A program made the position numbers and the translations under genes. From Lama guanicoe (lineage: Eukaryota): a DNA stretch of 64,000 nucleotides. This document shows, in pieces, positions 55,996 to 64,000 of the stretch (the first letter of the stretch is position 1; every line of letters starts with the position of its first letter). The stretch is from contig MU054400.1 of NCBI GenBank assembly GCA_013239625.1, positions 1,771,345 through 1,835,344 of the forward strand. The letters are read 5' to 3'. The notes below the pieces were generated by a model. That model did not search any database. It was not told where the DNA came from and worked only from the letters and a program-made list of their open reading frames with translations.

Positions 55996-56699
55996 CTCAG
56001 CAAAGGGACTAACTGAAAGAACAGGTTTGGGAATCAGGCATCCAAACTGGCCCCATGAATGGGTGTGGGACGTGTGTCTGTTCTCCTCCTGTTTCTGACA
56101 CCAGAGCAAAGTCTATGCTCCTGGGACTCTCTGGTCTGTGCTACAGAGGAAGATAGGCTCCCTACTGACAAAATCATTTGGCAGCAAGGGAGCTATTCAT
56201 TAGAGCCCCAAGGAGTGCTGGAAAGCTAAGGAATGCTACCTAAACACAAAGTTTCACAAACATCCCCAGAGACACAAATTACACACCATCTCAGGCTTCC
56301 ATGGAAGGCCATGGTAACTTTGGGAAGGGAGTACCAAAGACAACAGCCAGCAATTTGACTTAATGTTGCTCTTACGGCTGAGCCAAATCCATGTGTTATG
56401 CAGAGGATGCGGGTCCTCCCCACCCTGATCTGCATGCAGAGGGCATTTCCAAGAACCCCATCCCTTCTCCGCGCCTGGCAGCAGCACAGTGCCTGATCCA
56501 TAGAGCAAGAGTAAGATCTTAACCACCCTGCTGGGCTCATCAGGCACCAGCCAGGCTTAAGCAGAGAGACTCTTTAGAAGACTAAGTGCGCTTTCTTTCA
56601 TCCAGGTCTCTATTTCTGTGGTACATGCTTAATGCATAATGCACTTTGATTCCTTTCTTCCTTTCTATATTTCCCTCTTGACTTTTACATAAAGCTTCC

Positions 56700-57760
56700 T
56701 TTCCTTTTGTTTATTTTCTCTTTTTTATTACCAAGTGATATAAGAATATACATTCACTATAAAAGATCTGAATAAAAAATAATTGTATGTAATAAAAATG
56801 TGAGGACCTCACTTCTGTCTACTTCATTCTCTTCCCCAGAGGCAACCACTGTTAATATACATCTTTTTAGCGCTTCTTCTGTGCACTTGCATATTCATAT
56901 AAAATAATCTTTTTATTTTCATATAAATGGATCATTCCTTACGTGGTATCTCACTTGCTTTTTAAGCTCTACAATATTATAGCTAATAAAACTTTTTATG
57001 TTAATATATGCCTGCCTCATTCCTTTAAATGACTGCATGCACTCCACATAATTTACTTAACTTTGCCAAAATTGTTAGGCTTTTTACTGCTTCCAATTCT
57101 CAGTGTTATAAGCAATGCTACAATGGACACCCTTGCATAATATATACCTGTGCTGGAATAAATTTTGCTTTCAGTGGATTCATAGAAATGATGTTCGATC
57201 AAAAGACACAGGCATTTTTAATCTTGAAAGACACAGCCAAATTTCCCTCTCTAATGGCTTTACCAGTTTATACACTCCCACCAGAAGTGTTACCCTTATC
57301 CTCATCAACTGGATATCATCAATATTTATAATTTTCTTAGTATAATAAACAAAATATCTTATTTTAATTTGCATTTTCCTTGTCACTAATGATGTTGAGC
57401 ATCTGTTTATGAGTTTATCAGTCATTTATTTTTACTCCTATGTGTTTTTTTTCACATTTTTCTACTGAGTGATTTATCTTTGAGTTTGTAGCATCACACT
57501 TCATATATTCTGCATATTTCTACTTTTTATATATTTGGCAAATGTTCTCATTATTTTGCTCGTATTTTAATTTGTTTATAATTCACATTATAGTCATTCA
57601 TTCAACAAATATTTACTGAGAATCTACTCTTTGCAGTGAGCAAACCAACTATTCTGGGACAAATGTTTGATTTTTGTACAACTTTGTTAGTACTTTGCTT
57701 TGTTATTTCCGGGTTTGACGTTTTCCTTAGGAAACCCTGTTTAGCTCCACAGTTACAAAA
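56700..57760 (-). mobile_element. Old L1M (L1ME-like) fragments
   Basis: ccccagaggcaaccactgttaa; ttttaatttgcattttccttg.cactaatgatgttgagcatct. Confidence 0.6.
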
Positions 57761-59232
57761 ATACCTCTCATGTGATACACCAACATAAGCAAAATAAAGG
57801 ATAAAAATTATGTGACCATCTCAATAAATGCAGGAAAAGGATTTGACAAAATTCAACATCCATTTATGATAAAAACTCAACCAAGTGGGTAAAAAGGGAA
57901 CACATCTCAACATAATAAAGGCCATTTATGACAAGCCCACAGCTAACATACTCAACAGTGAAAAGCTACAAGCTTTTTCTCTAAGATCAGGAACAAGACG
58001 AAGATGCTCACTCTCGTCACTTTTATTCAACATAGTATTGGAAGTCCTACCTCCCTAATTAGGCAAGAAAAACAAAAGGCATCCAAATTGGAAAGGAAGA
58101 AGTACAACTGTCATTCTCTGCAGCTGACATCATACTACATATAGCAAATCCAAGAGACTATCAAAAAACTGTTAGAACTAATGAACAAATTCAGTAACAT
58201 TGCAGGACACAAAAATCAACACACAAAAATCTGTTGTATTTCTATACACTAATAACAAACTATCAGAAGCAGATATTAAGATAACAATACGATTTACAAT
58301 TACATCAAAAAGAATAAATTTAACCAAGGAGATGAAAGGCCCGTATAATGTAAACTACACGACGTTAGGGAAATCGAAGGTGACACAACTAAATGGAAAG
58401 CTATTTCGTACTCAAGGATTGAAAGAATTAATATTGTTAAAATGCCCATGTAACCCAAAGCAATCTCCAGGTTCAATGTAATCCCTATCAAAATTCCAAT
58501 GGCATTTTTCTCAGAAAATGATTAATCCTAAAATTTGTACGGAACCTTGAAATAGCCAAATAGCCAAAACAATCTTGAGAAAGAAGAGCAAAGCTGGAAG
58601 CATCATGCTCCCTTTTTAAAAAGTCTATTACAAAGCTGTAATGATTTAAAAAGTATGGTACTGACATAAAAATAGACCCATGTATCAATGGAACAGAAGA
58701 GAGAGTCCAGAAATAAACCCATCCGTCCACAGTTTTGACAAAGGAGCCAAGAATATACAAGTGGGAAAGGGAGTCTCTTCAGTAAGTGATGCTGGGAATT
58801 CTCTTGACACATGAAAAAGAATGAAACCAAACCGCTATTTTACATTACACACAAAAATCAACTTGAAATTGATTAAAGACTTGAATGTAGAACCATAAAG
58901 CTCCTAGAAGAAAATATAGGATGTAAGCTCCTTGAATAGGTCTTGGCAATAATTTTTTGAATCTGATGGCAAAAGGAAAAGCAACAAAAGCAAAAACAAA
59001 CAAGTGGGACTATCTTGAACTAAAAAGATTCTGCCCAGCAAACCATCAACAACATAAAAAGGCAATCTACATAATGAAAGAAAATATCTGCAAATCATAT
59101 ATCTGATAAGGGGTTAATATCCAAAATATATAAAGAACTCACACAACTCAATAGCAAAACAAAACAAAACAACAGCAAAAAAAAAAAAACCCACTTAAAA
59201 AAATGGGCAGAAAATCTGAGTAGACATTTTTC

Positions 59233-59970
59233 TTTTTTCTTTTTTTTGTATTTTTTTATTTTTTTAACATTTTTTATTGATTTATAATCATTTTACAATG
59301 TTGTGTCAAATTCCAGTGTTCCGCACAATTTTTCACTCATTCATGGACATATACACATTCATTGTCACATTTTTTTCTCTGTGATTTATCATAACATTTT
59401 GTGTATATTTCCCTGTGCTATACAGTGTAATCTTGTTTATCTATTCTACAGTTTTGAAATCCCAGTCTCTCCCTTCCCACCCTCTACCGCTCTGGTAACC
59501 ACAAGTCTGTATTCTCTGTCCATGAGTCTATTTCTGTCCTGTATTTATGCTTTATTTTTGTTTGTTTTTGTTTTTTTTTTTTTTAGATTCCACATATGAG
59601 CAATCTCATATGGTATTTTTCTTTCTCTTTCTGGCTTACTTCACTTAGAATGACATTCTCTAGGAGCATCCATGTTGCTGCAAATGGCATTATGTTGTCG
59701 GTTTTTATGGCTGAGTAGTATTCCATTGTATAAATATACCACCTCTTCTTTATCCAGTCACCTGTTGATGGATATTTAGGCTGTTTCCATGTTTTGGCTA
59801 TTGTAAATAGTGCTGCTATGAACATTGGGGTGCAGGTGTCATCCTGAAGTAGATTTCCTTCTGGATACAAGCCCAGGAGTGGGATTCCTGGGTCATATGG
59901 TAAGTCTATTCCTAGTCTTTTGAGGAATCTCCACACTGTTTTCCACAGTGGCTGCACCAAACTGCATTCC
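59233..59970 (-). mobile_element. Young L1 3' end, sense to FRMD3, nested in the older L1
   Basis: [26 protein letters not shown]... on minus; T-rich tail 59233-59275; same 3'UTR type as the 30260-31939 copy. Confidence 0.95.
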
Positions 59971-60349
59971 AACAGACACATGAAAAGATGCTCAATATCA
60001 CTAGTCACCAGGGAAAAGTTAATCAAAACCACAATGAGATATCACCTCACAGCCAAAAAGACAACAGCAAGTGTTGGGAAGGATGTGGAGAAAAGGGAAC
60101 CCTTGTGCACTGTTGGTGAGAATGTTATTTGATGCAGCCACTATGGAAAACAGTGTTTAGGTTCCTCAAAAAATTAAAAGTAGAACTACTATATGATTCA
60201 GCAATTTCACTGCTGGATATTTATCCAAAGAAAACAAAAACACTAACTCAAAAAGATACATGCACCCCCATGTTCACTGCAGCACTATTTACAATGCCAA
60301 GATATGAAAACAACCTAAGTGTTTATCAGTGGATGAATGGATAAAGAAA

Positions 60350-60355
60350 GTGTGT

Positions 60356-60386
<31 letters not shown>

Positions 60387-60388
60387 GT
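60350..60388. repeat. Interrupted (TG)n microsatellite inside L1
   Basis: Read directly. Confidence 0.9.
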
Positions 60389-61005
60389 AAGTATATATAT
60401 TCCACACCGTGGAATATTATTTGGCCGTTAAAAAAGAATGAACTCTTGCCACTTGAGACAACATGGATGGACCTCAAGGGCATTATGCTAAGTGATAAGT
60501 TAGAGAAAGTCATATGATCTCTCTTAAATGTGGAATATAAAAAAAAGTAGCTAAGAATAGATACAGAAAACAGGCTGGTGGTTGCTAGAGGTGGGGGATG
60601 GGAGAAATGGGTGCAGGAATCAAAAGGTTAAAAAATTTTTCTGTTAAATGAATATGTTGGCTGAACTGCACACTGAATCATCTCTTAAAAAAACAGAATT
60701 GACTTTATTCATTCAAGTTTCATTCAATAAATATATTATTTTTAACCTAGCATTTTAATCATAATAATGTATGCATATAGCTCATTAATGAATAAACATA
60801 AAGTTAAGCATATTGAGACAAAAATTATAACTTCCATTCTATATTTTTTCCATTGAGCACAAGATTAGCTTTGATGCTCAGCGACTGAAATATCACAATT
60901 TTTTTCAATTATCCATTAAAAGCAAATCACTTAGTGTATAACTCTCTAACAAGGCCAAAAAAATGTATTACTGAAAAATGAATATAAATATCCCTAAATT
61001 TTTAC

Positions 61006-61465
61006 TGTCGACTGAAAAAAATGTACAATCTAAAAACTGAGTTATGTTTTATTCAACGGACGTTTCTGAAGACTAAAGCCCGGGAGGCTGCCTCTCAGAT
61101 TGCTCTGAAAGACTGCTCCAAAGAGGCAGGATTTACAGGAGTTTTTGAAACAAAGACCAGGTAGTCAGAACATCAACAGACTGCTGTTAATTAAAGAAAA
61201 TCAGACATCTCAAGTTAAGGAATTTACGGCTTTTCTATGTATGGGAAGATGCAAGAGTCTGGGCTCATTGAAATCGTTTCTTTGATCTGCACCTTAGCTA
61301 CCCTGTGCTACGCATCCTGAGTCCCCTCAGGGGGCACCGCTGGGGACAGCTGCAGAGGCTGCGGACTTAGCAGTGAGCAGCCTGCTTGTCCCCATCCTGA
61401 ATTCCCCCGGCTCACCATCGGGGCAGTGGTTTTACTGATATGGCAGGCAATATTTTTCATTCACA
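61006..61465 (-). mobile_element. ERV1-class solo LTR, 460 bp
   Basis: TG...CA ends, 4-bp TSD TTAC at 61002-61005 / 61466-61469; AATAAA on minus at 61048-61053. Confidence 0.85.
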
Positions 61466-62491
61466 TTACCTACATGTCTATAGATTGTTAAATATATTGG
61501 GCTTTTGAATTCATTTGGAATTAATCCCATGTATGATGTGAAGTACGGTTTTATGTTATTTTTTTCCCAAGTGAAAAGGCAACCCTAAAATTACGCCTTG
61601 AATCATCTGTCTCTGATATGAAATACAATCTTTACTATAATCCATACTTCCATAAATAATGGGATTTTTTTCTGTTCTGATTCTTTTCCTATCCCTGAGT
61701 CTATCTTAATTAATCTATAATTAATCTATGAGTCTATCACGAGGCCTCTTTTAATTACGGCAGCTCATAGGCCTTGATTTGCTAACTAATAGAACAAGGA
61801 CTCCATCATTGTTCGTTGTTCTTGTTTACATATTTATTGGCTAGTTTTGAGCATTTTCTTGTGCAAAAGAGCCTTAGAAGCAATTTGTTAAACGCCATAG
61901 AGAACCTCACTGAAATTTTGACTTAAAAATTATTGAATGTATTAATTTGTGACAAATTGATTGTATTAATATTAACCAGAAACATGAGAAGTCTCTATTT
62001 ATTGAGCGCTTTTTATCGACTCTACAGTGACTCCACAGCAAAATTTCAGTCATATTTATATTGATCTTACACACTTACTTAGAAGAAATTTATGTCTTTT
62101 CTTGTTATTGCTATTGTAAATAATAGCACTTCTTTTTCATTACATTTGACAAACAGTTACTGCTTGTGTATAAAAAAGCTACTGTATTAGGACATTAATC
62201 TTATCCAAGGGCAAAAACCATTATTAGTTGTGGGGAAGGAAGGCAGGTGGAGAGCTTGGAGATCCAGAGAGGACAAAACCAAGTTTAAGACGCTCTCTGG
62301 AGCTCTGAGAAGGAATTCAGCAGCCCTCAGTACCCTAGGCTTGGCTGAACAGAGTGAGCTGCTGGGGAGACAAAGAAATTCCAGAGTAGTTTAGGGGAAC
62401 TGTTCTGTTTGGAACTTTGGATCACACTGAAGAAACGGCAGCATGGTGTGTTTAAGCAGAGAGCGAGCCTGCTTACTCTGTAAGTACCGAG

Positions 62492-62690
62492 TTGTGTTCT
62501 ATTGGTGAGAATGTTAATTGATGCAGCCCTTATGGAAAACAGTATTCAGGTTCCTCAAAAAAATTAAAAATAGAACTACTATATGATTCAGCAATTCCAC
62601 TTCTGGGTATTTATCCAAAGAAAACATCACCAACTGGAAAAGACACATGCACCCCCATGTTCACTGCAGCGTTACAACTGCCAAGATATG
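62492..62690 (+). mobile_element. Tail-less internal L1 fragment, apparent copy of 60103-60306
   Basis: Colinear high similarity to 60103-60306, including shared non-consensus-looking bases. Confidence 0.75.
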
Positions 62691-64000
62691 GCTACTGTAC
62701 TCGATCCCCAAGGGTGCCAAGTTTCCCTGAGGCTGAAGCGTGGCATGGAAGAGGCTGAGCAGTTTCTGTCTGTCTCAGTGGTGACTCCAGAAGTGCTGAG
62801 AGGCAACCAGTGAACGAGACATGGAGTGAGGACCCTAAACGGGCAGAGTCTATAGACTTGCAGGTCAAGACCATGGCAGGAACCACAGATCTCAGCAGCA
62901 CATGCCACTCAAAGGCCAGGGGGGATCAGTTACATCCAGAGAGGATACAGTGGGGAAGGATGCCAGCAACCCAAGGCCACATCACATAAGACACACGAGT
63001 CCTTCGGGACTCAGATGACTGCGCGGAAGAGAGATATCACCCTTGCCACCATGATGGGTGGTAAGTAAGTGTCCCCTGCCTCATGATGCCATTCCGGGGA
63101 TGGGGAAGAAGGAAAAAAATACTCCAACACAGGGTATGCACCTTCAAGTGACTATGTTTAAATTATGAATTCACTGAGTAATTTGGTGAAAGAGATCAAA
63201 TTCTAAACTGGCAGATCCTGAGTTACCCTGAAGTGGCAAGATCAAACTTTTCACCCACAAAATAAATAAAGGCTCACAAGTAGAATTCAATCACAGGGAA
63301 ATAATGTTACATTCCCATACCTCTGAGTCATAGCATGCAACTTTTTAAAACCTTTAGATGCTAACATAATTTATAGGGTTACATAGATCCTATAGGACAT
63401 GTACTTTTTGCCCTTTCGATGTGTACCTCTACATGTATACACATTGGGCTACATTCCACAGTCATGCGGACAAGGCTAACAGCTACAGGTTTGAAGTGAG
63501 AAGGTCGGTATGTATTACATAGCATCATTCCTCATGGAAAGCAAGGATTCTGAAAATCAAACGTTCAAAATAGGCACTTCATTTAACACTTTGTTTGCAG
63601 GCAATCTATTATCTGAGTATTTTTGAAAGAAAGAAAAAAAGTCACCAGCTCAGTCTGCATTTGTCCCTATGGCTATGCAATGATGGAAGAGGGAAATGAG
63701 AAAGATGGTCCCTCAGGACTTTCCGTGCAAATCATGCAGCTTTTCTGCATTTTTACCTAATAGACAAGGAATGATTAAAAGCTGACTTTAACGTTTCAGT
63801 TCCGGGTAGGATGCATTAATTGCACCCCACCCTGACCCTCTCATTGAATGCAGCTATAAAACCTGGACAAACATGCGCAGCAGCTATTTCAGGTCCCTGA
63901 AACGTAAGTAGTAGCAGGCAGATTGGAAACAAAGACAAGAATTCACTGGACCAGTGAACCAGTGTCAAGTTCACCACATTTCCCCCTGTGGTGTCCCCAG

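Larger units (their letters stand above)
57769..60635 (+). mobile_element. L1 ORF2 (RT domain to 3'UTR), decayed, interrupted by a younger antisense L1
   Basis: Decayed AEKAFDKIQHP (~57830-57862), GTRQGCPLSPLLFN (~57990-58031) and LFADD-like (~58113-58130) motifs; resumes at ~59969. Confidence 0.92.

Overview
Mammalian genomic DNA, most likely a camelid (camel/alpaca/llama), inferred from three Vic-1-like tRNA-derived SINEs and matching young L1 3' ends. The whole window lies inside the FRMD3 gene (FERM domain-containing protein 3) on the minus strand. Ten consecutive coding exons of 79, 98, 124, 88, 89, 64, 89, 75, 69 and 125 bp all have GT-AG boundaries and splice into one continuous frame. 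By recalled human numbering they are exons 4-13; exons 1-3 and the last exon lie outside the window. The introns are mostly interspersed repeats: young and old L1s (nested, 5'-inverted and ultra-truncated copies with visible TSDs), MaLR/ERVL/ERV1 solo LTRs, hAT MER elements, MIR, L2, CR1/L3 and microsatellites. The main unexplained object is a ~1.5 kb stretch in intron 6 (32045-33540) with a 308-codon stop-free frame on + and a stop-poor, codon-aligned frame on -. It looks like a decayed coding sequence (endogenous viral element, retrocopy or ancient TE), but I could not identify it reliably. Repeat family names are by-eye recognitions; boundaries without a TSD are approximate.
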